The notes under the pieces: generated by a model
Databases searched by the model: none
Told to the model about the DNA's origin: nothing
The model's input: the letters and a program-made list of their open reading frames with translations, nothing else
In this document: one piece after another, positions 8,531 through 19,120 of the stretch
How the letters are laid out: each line of letters starts with the position of its first letter
Position numbering within the stretch: position 1 is the first letter of the stretch
Position numbers and translations under genes: made by a program
NCBI GenBank assembly: GCA_003149635.1
Contig: QCWI01000015.1
Span: 13,635-77,634, forward strand
Direction of reading: 5' to 3'
From: Fluviicola sp. XM-24bin1
GTDB taxonomy: Bacteria > Bacteroidota > Bacteroidia > Flavobacteriales_D > Crocinitomicaceae
DNA length: 64,000 bases

Positions 8531-9594
8531 CTTTTAAACGTATATCCTATTCCGTATTCCACATAATCCGCTCGTGCCCAATGTGATTTCAACACACAAT
8601 TGATATTCAATCCGTTCTTGAATACGTATCGCATTCCCACTCGATGATAAACAGGTTCTTGGAATCCGTATTTATCTCTTAAGTAATATCCCATTCCTGT
8701 AATGATATGGAAGCGATAAAACGGCATCAAGTACCCTACGAAAATCCCCATTTGGAATTGATCTGCGATGGTCATTGGAACATCTGGGGCATAAGTTTGA
8801 AGTGAAGATTTGTACATGAAGTCTAGCGAGACTTCCATCCCTACCTGAGGTCGAAAGTAGCGTCGCCCCATTAAATTCACTCCGAAACAAGGGTACTTCT
8901 TCCCTCCTACTGGATACACTTCTTTAACGGAAACCACTCCTACAGCACCGAACTCCCAATATTTAGGATTGACATCCGAAAATCTTGGAACAATTTCGAT
9001 TTGCGCTTCTCGAATGCGATACCCATATCCTAAACTCACAAATGGCACGTTCAATCCAAGATTCGGAACCTTGGCTGCACCATTTGAGAAATGCGTCATA
9101 TCTATAATCGCGTTTACTGCGTGTGGGCCGATCTCATATCGACTCTCAACAGCCATACTAACTAAAGCGTTGACGTGCGTGCTTGTAGCAATGCTCAAAT
9201 TGTTGGTTTCATGATGATACACCTTCGGCGCAACGCTCAATCCAGCTCCCAATCGACCGGAAAAAGTAAATCGTTTGGTGTGAATTAATGGCATGGACAT
9301 GAATCCGTATGCTCCGTAGTAAATTCCAAAAAGATCTCGATTCCCTACCGTGCCAACGAACCCAGAAACTCCGTAACGAGGATTATTGTACGGTTCGTGC
9401 CAATAACGCTCTCCATTACCTTTGAAATAATAACTGAATTCTGTCGCGACAGCATGTTCATCTACCACGTGCCCCATAATGCTTCTGTGGGCAATCAGAA
9501 ATCCGAGTTTTGGCCTGACTTCTATCCATGATTCTTCCTGTGCATTGGAATGCATTGAAAGGATACAAAAGAGCAGAAGCAGGAGCGTTTTCAT
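8527..9594 (-). CDS. Acyloxyacyl hydrolase (PagL-like lipid A deacylase family)
   Basis: Signal peptide, beta-barrel pattern and the motif MTHFSNGAAKVPNLGLN, which I recall from this family. Overlaps the downstream gene by 4 nt. Confidence 0.55.
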   Translation of the reverse strand: MKTLLLLLFCILSMHSNAQEESWIEVRPKLGFLIAHRSIMGHVVDEHAVATEFSYYFKGNGERYWHEPYNNPRYGVSGFVGTVGNRDLFGIYYGAYGFMSMPLIHTKRFTFSGRLGAGLSVAPKVYHHETNNLSIATSTHVNALVSMAVESRYEIGPHAVNAIIDMTHFSNGAAKVPNLGLNVPFVSLGYGYRIREAQIEIVPRFSDVNPKYWEFGAVGVVSVKEVYPVGGKKYPCFGVNLMGRRYFRPQVGMEVSLDFMYKSSLQTYAPDVPMTIADQFQMGIFVGYLMPFYRFHIITGMGYYLRDKYGFQEPVYHRVGMRYVFKNGLNINCVLKSHWARADYVEYGIGYTFKR

Positions 9595-9618
9595 ACGGCA
9601 AAAATAAGGAGATTAATT

Positions 9619-9626
9619 GTACTTTT
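9619..9626 (+). promoter_or_regulatory. Bacteroidota -7 promoter element candidate (TAnnTTTG)
   Basis: TACTTTTG lies 11 nt upstream of the mazG ATG. Confidence 0.3.
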
Positions 9627-9637
9627 GAAAACAAAAA

Positions 9638-10423
9638 ATGGATCCGAGACTTCAAGCTTTTGAGCGCCTTTTGAACATTATGGACGACCTTCGCGAAAAG
9701 TGTCCATGGGATAAAAAACAAACCTTGGAGTCCTTGCGCCACCTGACTATTGAGGAAACGTATGAACTAGCAGATGCGATCATCGACAACGATCTTGAAG
9801 CACTCAAGGGGGAGATTGGTGACTTGCTTTTGCACATGGTTTTCTATTGCAAAATCGGTCAGGAAAAAGAAGCTTTTGACATTACGGACGCCTTGAATGG
9901 AATTTGCGACAAACTCGTGCACCGTCATCCGCACATTTACGGAGATGTAGAAGCTACAACGGAGGAAGAAGTCAAAGCGAATTGGGAGAAACTGAAGCTC
10001 AAGGAAGGCAAGAAATCAGTTTTGGAAGGTGTTCCGAAATCACTTCCTGCTTTGGTTAAAGCGGCGCGCATTCAAGAGAAAGCCAAAGGAATTGGATTTG
10101 AATGGGAAAACCGCAACGATGTTTGGGCGAAAGTCAAAGAAGAATTGGACGAATTGGCGGTTGAAGTGGATTCCGGGGCATCTGCCGATAAAATTGATGA
10201 AGAATACGGCGATGTTCTCTTCTCTTTGATTAACTATTCGCGTTTTATAGAAGTGAATCCTGAGAATGCTTTGGCTCGAACGAATAAAAAGTTCATCAAA
10301 CGCTTTCAACTTATGGAGGAATTGATGGCGGCAGACAACGTTCCTATTGACGAAAGTTCGCTAGAAACCATGGATAAATATTGGGATATCGCCAAAGAAC
10401 AACTTCGATCTGCTTCCCGTTAA
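9638..10423 (+). CDS. mazG: Nucleoside triphosphate pyrophosphohydrolase MazG
   Basis: Tandem MazG domains: CPWDKKQT..L...EETYE..DAI and EE.GD.LF.L. Confidence 0.9.
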   Translation: MDPRLQAFERLLNIMDDLREKCPWDKKQTLESLRHLTIEETYELADAIIDNDLEALKGEIGDLLLHMVFYCKIGQEKEAFDITDALNGICDKLVHRHPHIYGDVEATTEEEVKANWEKLKLKEGKKSVLEGVPKSLPALVKAARIQEKAKGIGFEWENRNDVWAKVKEELDELAVEVDSGASADKIDEEYGDVLFSLINYSRFIEVNPENALARTNKKFIKRFQLMEELMAADNVPIDESSLETMDKYWDIAKEQLRSASR

Positions 10424-10516
10424 ATCAATCAGAACTACAATTAAATAGTTTCGGGCTTCTACTGTCACGCTAATTCTTTAGTTTATCGTATCTTCGAGCC
10501 CTGACAAACAGTACTT

Positions 10517-12880
10517 ATGAAACTCATTTACTCTCTACTTATTTCTCTTGCCTTTTGTGGGGCATCATTTGCACAAGATTTCAGTATTCGTGGAGTTCTT
10601 TATAGCGCCGAAAACGGGGAGCCGTTAGGAGGTGAAAAAATTCGTTTGCTACGTGCCGATAGTACGGCTGCAGGAGGAGCTTACACGGATGACGATGGAC
10701 TCTTTAACATCTCGAACATTTCAAAAGGAGAATACATTCTTCAAATTATGGCCTTTGGATTTGAGGTACAGGAAATCAATGTCTCCGTTACAAAAGCTTC
10801 TGGAAACAAGGATTTCACGATCGAAGTTAATAAGGATTCCGCAGTAAAAGATATCGACGCGGTTAAGGTATCCGCCGAACAACGACAGAAAACGAGAGAG
10901 GTTTTGATTGGTGTGAACCAACTGGATCAGAAAGGATTGGAGCGAATTCCAAGTACCGGTGGTGAAAATGACATCGTTGCTGCCTTCAGTGTTACGCCAG
11001 GAGTTGTAACCACGGGAGACCAAGGAGGACAGTTATATGTTCGTGGAGGTACGCCGATTCAAAACAAGATATTATTAGATGGAATGACCATCTACCAACC
11101 ATTCCACTCTATCGGATTCTTCTCCATTTTCGAAACGGAATTGATCAAGAGTGCAGACATCTACACTGGAGGGTTCGACGCTCAGTACGGTGGACGAATC
11201 TCTTCTATCATGGATATTACGTATCGTGATGGAAATAACAAGAAATTCAGCGGGAAAGCCTCTGTGTCTCCGTTTATGGGAAAATTGGTATTGGAAGGGC
11301 CGATTGGTAAAAGCGAAGGGCCTGGAGGTCTATCTTACGTATTCTCAGGAAAGCAAAGTTTGATTGATCGTTCTTCTCAGATCTTGTATCCAAACATCAA
11401 CCGTGATGAAGAAACTGGAGAAACGCCAGGAATGCCATTTTCATTTACAGATTTCTACGGAAAATTGACTTATAAAGGAGACGGACGTTCGAAAGTAAGC
11501 GCTTTTGGATTCCACAACAACGACCGTGTATCATTTGATATTGCTGATATTAACTGGACACAAAGCGGTGGGGGTATGAATTTCCTTCTGGTTCCTCAAG
11601 GAGCGAAGGTATTCATCAAAGGACACGTAAACGGAAGTCGTTACTCTACAATATTTGATGAAGTTTTGAGTGAAACGGATACAATTCGTCGTTCTAGCTC
11701 TATCGGAGGATTTGATTTAGGATTTGACTTCACATACTTCATTGGAGACAAAGGAGAAATCAACTACGGATTGAACTTGGGAGGATTTAATACTGACTTT
11801 ACAACGTTCAACGAAGCACAGCGTAAAATTGAGTTGAAGAACTTTACAACAGAAATTGGAGCTTACGTTAACTACCGATTCGTTTCGACGCGTTGGGTAA
11901 TTAACCCATCCATTCGTATGCAGATGTACGCAACGTATAGTGAAGTTTCTCCAGAACCACGCTTGGGTATCAAATTCAACGCGAACGAAAAATTGCGTTT
12001 GAAAGCATCAGGGGGACGCTACTCTCAGAACTTTACTTCGGCTGCATCGGATCGAGATGTTGTAAACTTATTCAACGGGATGCTTTCAGCTCCTACCAAC
12101 GTTCAAAGTACGTTCATCACGCAGTTCCAGAACGAAAGAAATCCAAATAACGGATTGCAGTATGCATGGCATGCGATCGGAGGTTTTGAGTATGATTTGA
12201 CGAAGAAAATTTCTGTAAACGTTGAGGCGTACTACAAGTACTTCAGTCAGTTGAGCAACATCAACATCAATAAAGTATATGAAGACGTTCCTGAATTTAA
12301 TGATATTGACGATGTATTCAAGAAAGACTTCATCATTGAAAACGGTGAATCATTCGGAGCTGACCTTTTAGTAAAATACTCTGATGAGCGTTTGTTCTTG
12401 TGGGGTGTGTACTCTTACGGAAATTCAACGCGTTGGGATGGATTCCAGTTCTACCGACCGGTATTCGACCGTCGTCATAACATCAACTTGGTTGGAACGT
12501 ACTTGTTCGGGAAAAACAAAGATTTGGAAGTAAGTGTTCGTTGGAACCTTGGTTCTGGACTTCCTTTCACACCAACAACTGGATTCTACGAAGAGCAAAA
12601 CTTCCAAGATGGGGTTACTACAGATTACGTGAACAACAATCCTAGTTACGTAGCGATCAACCTTGGTGATTTCAACAGTCAGCGTTTGCCTTACTACCAC
12701 CGTTTGGATCTTTCCGTGAAGAAGCGTTTTGAGTTCAAGAACTCAACAATTATGGAAATTACAGGAAGTGTGACGAACCTTTACAATCGTCGTAACATCT
12801 TCTACGTAAACCGTGTGACTGGAGAAGAAATTTACCAGTTCCCGATTCTTCCGAGTTTAGGACTTTCTTACAAGTGGTAA
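10517..12880 (+). CDS. TonB-dependent receptor with N-terminal carboxypeptidase-regulatory-like domain
   Basis: Signal peptide, a CarbopepD_reg-like segment (IRGVLYSAENGEPLGG..I), a plug (GGQLYVRGG..QNKILLDGM.IYQP) and a long beta-barrel ending in an aromatic residue (..GLSYKW). Confidence 0.85.
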   Translation: MKLIYSLLISLAFCGASFAQDFSIRGVLYSAENGEPLGGEKIRLLRADSTAAGGAYTDDDGLFNISNISKGEYILQIMAFGFEVQEINVSVTKASGNKDFTIEVNKDSAVKDIDAVKVSAEQRQKTREVLIGVNQLDQKGLERIPSTGGENDIVAAFSVTPGVVTTGDQGGQLYVRGGTPIQNKILLDGMTIYQPFHSIGFFSIFETELIKSADIYTGGFDAQYGGRISSIMDITYRDGNNKKFSGKASVSPFMGKLVLEGPIGKSEGPGGLSYVFSGKQSLIDRSSQILYPNINRDEETGETPGMPFSFTDFYGKLTYKGDGRSKVSAFGFHNNDRVSFDIADINWTQSGGGMNFLLVPQGAKVFIKGHVNGSRYSTIFDEVLSETDTIRRSSSIGGFDLGFDFTYFIGDKGEINYGLNLGGFNTDFTTFNEAQRKIELKNFTTEIGAYVNYRFVSTRWVINPSIRMQMYATYSEVSPEPRLGIKFNANEKLRLKASGGRYSQNFTSAASDRDVVNLFNGMLSAPTNVQSTFITQFQNERNPNNGLQYAWHAIGGFEYDLTKKISVNVEAYYKYFSQLSNININKVYEDVPEFNDIDDVFKKDFIIENGESFGADLLVKYSDERLFLWGVYSYGNSTRWDGFQFYRPVFDRRHNINLVGTYLFGKNKDLEVSVRWNLGSGLPFTPTTGFYEEQNFQDGVTTDYVNNNPSYVAINLGDFNSQRLPYYHRLDLSVKKRFEFKNSTIMEITGSVTNLYNRRNIFYVNRVTGEEIYQFPILPSLGLSYKW

Positions 12881-12915
12881 ACTGAATAAGGAATATTGAA
12901 TAAGAAATAATGAAT

Positions 12916-12941
12916 AGGCTCTGCTTTTGCGGGGCCTTTTT
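12916..12941 (+). terminator. Rho-independent terminator
   Basis: 9-bp stem aggctctgc / gcggggcct (two G-U pairs), loop tttt, then a T-run. Confidence 0.6.
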
Positions 12942-13116
12942 CATTTACACGATTACTCTTCCTCTGAAGGTCTTTCTCGTTTTCAATTCTTGATTTCGCA
13001 CGAATCTATGCCTCATGCCTTCATTACAAAAGGCTAAAATGAACTGATGCTGCGATGCATCACAGGCCTTACGAAATGCGCCACTCGGCATTTAGATGCG
13101 CTAAAATCAAAGAATT

Positions 13117-13317
13117 ATGAAAAGATCGAAAGCACATTTAAACGAGGAATTGAACCAGCAAATCGACAAAGTCTTGGAGCAATTGAATCTACTGAACGAG
13201 TTATTGAAATACTCCGATCCGTATAGGTCACAAGTTGAACTATTCGAAAGCATTAAAGATTTGAAGGTAATCCTAGAACTACAACAATTGAAAGGGAATT
13301 ACAAAGACGAGTCGTAG
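13117..13317 (+). CDS. Hypothetical small coiled-coil protein
   Basis: 66-aa ORF with a heptad-like charged sequence and no recognisable motif. It could be spurious. Confidence 0.3.
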   Translation: MKRSKAHLNEELNQQIDKVLEQLNLLNELLKYSDPYRSQVELFESIKDLKVILELQQLKGNYKDES

Positions 13318-13325
13318 GGCTCGTT

Positions 13326-15038
13326 TTAATTCGCCCAAGCTTTCATTCCAGCTTTCTGGGGGCCGTTGGGATCTTTCACTGGTTTTACTGAGTACTTGTT
13401 ATAGAAGTATCGATTCACCTCCGGTAATGTGAAGGTGAGCAATTTCCCTCCTCGGAATACTGTAACTTCCTTTTGTTCGTCGTCAAGGTATTTGAACCAT
13501 TCATTAACGTTATTCTTGACTTCTAGTCCGTTCACCGCAACGATTTCATCGTCTAACATCAGTCCTCCTAACTCCGCAGGACCACCCGGATACATCGCCT
13601 TGATGATTGCTCCTCCTCTACTTGAGTTTAAGTACTTGAACCCTAATCTGCCCGCTGCATAACTTTCCTCAGGCTGATGTTGCAATTCGAGTCCTACATA
13701 ATCGAAACAATAGGTTAAGAGAGATTCAAAAGGCTTGGTTCCGTGAATGTAATCGTTGAAGATCTCATCGAAAGAGAATTTCCCAACAGACTCCACCATT
13801 GCTTTGTAGTCCGCTTCGGAAACACCTTTTCCTTCCAATCCGAATTGAAAGAAAAGACGCTTCATCACTTCGTCCAATCCGTATTTATTCTTCGTTGCTT
13901 CGAGGAGTTTTACGTCTGTAATGAACGCCAAAAGGCATCCTTCTGTGTAAATACTCACCTTACGACCCGGCGCTCCCGCAACATAACCATCTAACCACGT
14001 GTCAAAGGAAGACTCCGCTACAGAGTAATGAAATCGTCCTTGATTATCGAAATGACGCTGCAATTGCGTATTCATTTCATCCAAGTATTGTTCTAGATTG
14101 AATACGCCGCTTTTGTGCAGGAATAAATCTCCCATGTAGGTCGTAACTCCTTCGCATAAGTATCCAAGAGGGGAATAATTCTCTTTGGTAAAGTCATAGG
14201 GCATCATTTCTGCCGGTCGAATGGTCTTGACATTCCACGTGTGATACAACTCGTGAGAACTCACTCCTAACAACTCTTTATACAGTGAACCGAATACTTC
14301 GTAGGATGGCCCCAATGCAATTACGGTAGATTTTGTGTGTTCTACTCCATGGTATGCTTTGTACGGTAGAATTTGGTTCAGATAGTGATATTCTTTCACC
14401 GGGAACTCTGCGAATTTTGCAATTTGAGAATCTGTAAAGGCTTGAAAATCTTTGATCAGTCGTTCCCAATCGGGCTTCACAATACCGTTGAACCAAACGT
14501 GAAAGGTTACTCCATGCGATTCATAGCTTTCTCGTTGCAACATTCCCGATGCGATAAACGGAGAATCCAATAATTCCTCGGTGTTCTCTGCGTAACATTT
14601 CCCATCTTTAGATTCCAAAGAAGTGGCTACTTCCCATTTATCTGAAATATCCAGCGTGATTTCTACAGGATCGTTAAAGGTCTCTTTTGTGAAAACACAG
14701 CAATTTACCGGGTTTACATACAATTGGTCTTTGTCGGCAAATGTTGATCCGGCATTGAGTTCGCTTGCATAGTAGTTATAACTTACCAAGATTTCCTTGC
14801 TTCCAGATGTTTCAACTTCCCACGTATCCTTATTGATCTTTTGAAATTCCAGTCCGTTCTGATTGACATCCGTCACTTTGAAATTCCATACGTTTTTGGC
14901 AAAGTTCCCGAGTTCATATCGTCCTGGTCGCCAAGCTGGAAGATGAATCGTTGTTTGCTCTTCCTTCACTGGAATTGTCGCTTCGATATGAATGTACTGT
15001 GTGTTCGGCTGCGGAACCGAGAATGAAAACTTTACCAT
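13326..15038 (-). CDS. M61 family glycyl aminopeptidase with C-terminal PDZ domain
   Basis: HELYHTWN zinc motif with a downstream E. The C-terminal segment GGPAELGGLMLDDEIVAVNG is PDZ-like. Confidence 0.85.
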   Translation of the reverse strand: MVKFSFSVPQPNTQYIHIEATIPVKEEQTTIHLPAWRPGRYELGNFAKNVWNFKVTDVNQNGLEFQKINKDTWEVETSGSKEILVSYNYYASELNAGSTFADKDQLYVNPVNCCVFTKETFNDPVEITLDISDKWEVATSLESKDGKCYAENTEELLDSPFIASGMLQRESYESHGVTFHVWFNGIVKPDWERLIKDFQAFTDSQIAKFAEFPVKEYHYLNQILPYKAYHGVEHTKSTVIALGPSYEVFGSLYKELLGVSSHELYHTWNVKTIRPAEMMPYDFTKENYSPLGYLCEGVTTYMGDLFLHKSGVFNLEQYLDEMNTQLQRHFDNQGRFHYSVAESSFDTWLDGYVAGAPGRKVSIYTEGCLLAFITDVKLLEATKNKYGLDEVMKRLFFQFGLEGKGVSEADYKAMVESVGKFSFDEIFNDYIHGTKPFESLLTYCFDYVGLELQHQPEESYAAGRLGFKYLNSSRGGAIIKAMYPGGPAELGGLMLDDEIVAVNGLEVKNNVNEWFKYLDDEQKEVTVFRGGKLLTFTLPEVNRYFYNKYSVKPVKDPNGPQKAGMKAWAN

Positions 15039-15166
15039 GAAAATGATTTGCTGGCAAAGATAGAAATAAGAGTTCTATACTAACGAGAGACGATCATTAA
15101 AGACTGTTGTCGCATCTTTTAATTTTTGATCCTTATCTTTAGTTCATAACTATTCACACTTGTAAA

Positions 15167-15787
15167 ATGAAACCTGAGGTTTTAGAACTGGATGCTGTGC
15201 ACATCGTTAAAATCAAAAATTTTCTTGATCCGTCGGACAGAGATCGCCTATTCAATACTTTATGCTCTGAGTCTGAAGCTTTTCGACCTCCAAATGGGCA
15301 AGAAGACTAAACAAGTCGCATGCTAACGATCGATGATAATGGAATATTCGACACCGAGAGCCCTACTTTGTTGTCAGCTGTCAGTGCAATTAACGAACGC
15401 CTCAGTGAGAACCTCACAATGTTGGCTGAATTGCTTGTTTTAGATGCGCATTCCCCATCAAAATTGCGACTCTCTATAATTAATGGTTTAGATGGACATT
15501 AAACCGATTTGCATCAAGATACTGTCAATGACAACATGAAATTAACAGCCTTGTTATACCTACGCAAAGACACTATTTCCTTCACCGAAGGTCATTTACA
15601 AGTGTTTCCTTCCATGAAAATTGAGGAATCAAGGACGCATTTAGCCGAGGAAAAGTTCATTGATGTATCTCCTGACGATAACACGCTGGTGGTTTTCTAG
15701 TCGGAATGGTTTCATCATGTAACGGAAGTCGTTACAGATTCTAATGCCTTTCAAGACGGGCGCTTTAACGTAACGGTGCTCATTTAA
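15167..15787 (+). pseudogene. 2OG-Fe(II) oxygenase (prolyl 4-hydroxylase-like) reading frame interrupted by three in-frame stops
   Basis: A single frame of 207 codons carries HxD (LHQD, 15512-15520), a distal His (FHHVTEV) and GRFNVT. Internal TAA at 15308-15310, TAA at 15500-15502 and TAG at 15698-15700. No frameshift is needed to link the pieces. Confidence 0.6.
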
Positions 15788-15817
15788 GATTTATCAACTA
15801 AATAATGTCCAACGAAT

Positions 15818-17449
<1,632 letters not shown>

Positions 17450-17669
17450 TCAAATTTGCTGTAACTTCTGTTAATGAGTCGATTCCAATGACCAAGAGGC
17501 TGATTTCGACGGTGCAAAGATAGTGGTTTTAACCGCAAAGGCGCAAAGGGCGCGAGGAAAGTTGCGGCACTCACGATTTTACCTCTGGTAAAATAGGTTT
17601 AGCTTGTCTTGACGAAGTTGGAAATAATGCTCTCCCGATTAGCCAATAGGTTCTTTGCTGTTAATTCAA

Positions 17670-17697
17670 TAAAAAAGAGCGCCACGAATGGCGCTCT
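17670..17697 (-). terminator. Rho-independent terminator of the hisS-hutH operon
   Basis: 8-bp GC-rich stem gagcgcca / tggcgctc with loop cgaa. On the minus strand a T6 run follows. Confidence 0.75.
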
Positions 17698-17788
17698 AAC
17701 TAAAATGGAGCTTTCAAGCAAGAGGTTTTACAACTAACTAATCTGACTAACTACTACAGTCTTGCTTTACGGCTACCTACTACAACCT

Positions 17789-18604
17789 TTACATTTTCAC
17801 CCATTGCTCTCTGTAGAATTTGCCGTTATCCAATTGAATGGATGCCGTATAAGTTCCGGAGGCGAGGTAATCAAATGAAAGTACATTCTCTCCTTCTTTT
17901 AATGTGATTGTCTTTAAAATTCTTCCTTGTGCATCGAATAATGTCACAGAACCAGAAATCGGTGAATAAACGTTCAATTGTCCCGTCGATGGATTCGGAT
18001 ATACTACAGGCTGGATGTTATCCTCACAGGTGGCTTGAATTCCTTTCGATCCAAGAACAGTAGCTGTTCCGTCAGTATCCACTTGTGTCAATCGATAGTA
18101 AATCGTTCCGTTGCGAGCATCTCTGTAAAGCCCGGCTTGATAGTACACGAATCCGAGTGAGTTCGTATGCGCCACCTTTCGTTCAACATCAGCCGAAGTT
18201 CTCAGTGCCGCTTTATAACTTTCCGCTGCTTTATCAAACTCTCCAAGGTCAATATAAGATCGTCCTAATTGACTGTGCGCAAAGCTTTTCAAAGGCCCTT
18301 CTGCATACTCAATTCCTTTCTGAAGGTATTCTACAGCGAGCAAATAGCTCTTTAGTTCTACAAACGTTCCGGCAATCTTGACATTCCACATGGCCTTCTT
18401 GTCATCCTCTAAATACTGTTCGTAGTTAACAAGAAATTCATGACAGATGCGCATGTGATTTTCCCAATCCTTATTGTTCCAATACCGCCCTTCCTTCTTT
18501 TTCAGGCGATTCATGCCTTCCACAATGTGCGCTGGCAACTCTTCCTCAGCGAATGACCACTGGGAAATAAAGGAAACTATAAGTAGGATGAGGATCTTTC
18601 GCAC
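17789..18604 (-). CDS. TPR-repeat protein with T9SS C-terminal sorting domain (apparent chimera)
   Basis: Signal peptide, TPR-like helices (..LGRSYIDLGEFDKAAESYKAAL..), then YYRLTQVDTDG and a CTD (VVYPNPSTGQLNV...GTYTASIQLDNGKFYREQWVKM). Confidence 0.6.
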   Translation of the reverse strand: MRKILILLIVSFISQWSFAEEELPAHIVEGMNRLKKKEGRYWNNKDWENHMRICHEFLVNYEQYLEDDKKAMWNVKIAGTFVELKSYLLAVEYLQKGIEYAEGPLKSFAHSQLGRSYIDLGEFDKAAESYKAALRTSADVERKVAHTNSLGFVYYQAGLYRDARNGTIYYRLTQVDTDGTATVLGSKGIQATCEDNIQPVVYPNPSTGQLNVYSPISGSVTLFDAQGRILKTITLKEGENVLSFDYLASGTYTASIQLDNGKFYREQWVKM

Positions 18605-18613
18605 GAACCGAAT

Positions 18614-19120
18614 TTAACGCATCCATTTTAAATTTCTGGAATACAAGAAGATAAAAAGGGCTGATAAACAAGCGCTAAAGATCACCAAAACTGTAGGCAC
18701 GCTTGCTGGCGAGATAAAAAAGTAATAATGGCAAGTCGCTATAATTGAATAGATTATATACAGATGAAATCCTAATTTCCTTCCGATAAGCATATAGACA
18801 ACAGCAACTATTCCGAGTAAAAGCGTTAATAAGCTCACCGCTTGCACGTAATAGAACTTCCGGTTTAATGTTACCGTCAAAGTTTTAAACTTCTCAAGGG
18901 TTGGCCTCCAGTCCGATGCACCGTCTGCTTCCAAATCGGCCATTTGCTTGTCCAAACTCGCTTTCTGCTTTTTAATTTCCTTAGCAGTGCTTGGCCCAGC
19001 TGCGTATCCCAATGTGGTATCTAACAGTCCTAAGCCTAAATAAACAAAACTCAGAATACATAAGATTAGTAAAAACACTGGGCGTTTACCCCGTGGTTGT
19101 TGGATCTCAACTACCTGCAT
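18614..19120 (-). CDS. Hypothetical integral membrane protein
   Basis: Four predicted TM helices. The start is uncertain: the ORF track gives 19147, and I prefer the ATG at 19120, which overlaps the hutH end by 14 nt. Confidence 0.45.
   Translation of the reverse strand: MQVVEIQQPRGKRPVFLLILCILSFVYLGLGLLDTTLGYAAGPSTAKEIKKQKASLDKQMADLEADGASDWRPTLEKFKTLTVTLNRKFYYVQAVSLLTLLLGIVAVVYMLIGRKLGFHLYIIYSIIATCHYYFFISPASVPTVLVIFSACLSALFIFLYSRNLKWMR

Noticed and set aside
12759-12944. A 61-aa minus-strand ORF overlapping the 3' end of the TonB-dependent receptor gene and its terminator.
   Set aside because: It overlaps a well-supported gene and a terminator hairpin and has no motif or start context.
17548-17570. 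GAGGAAAG inside a ~345-bp intergenic region hinted at an RNase P RNA (conserved GAGGAAAGUCC).
   Set aside because: The motif continues as GAGGAAAGTTGCGG, not GTCCGGGC. No ACAGAACCCGGCUUA-like 3' element or P4 pairing was seen. The segment is better explained as a local hairpin.
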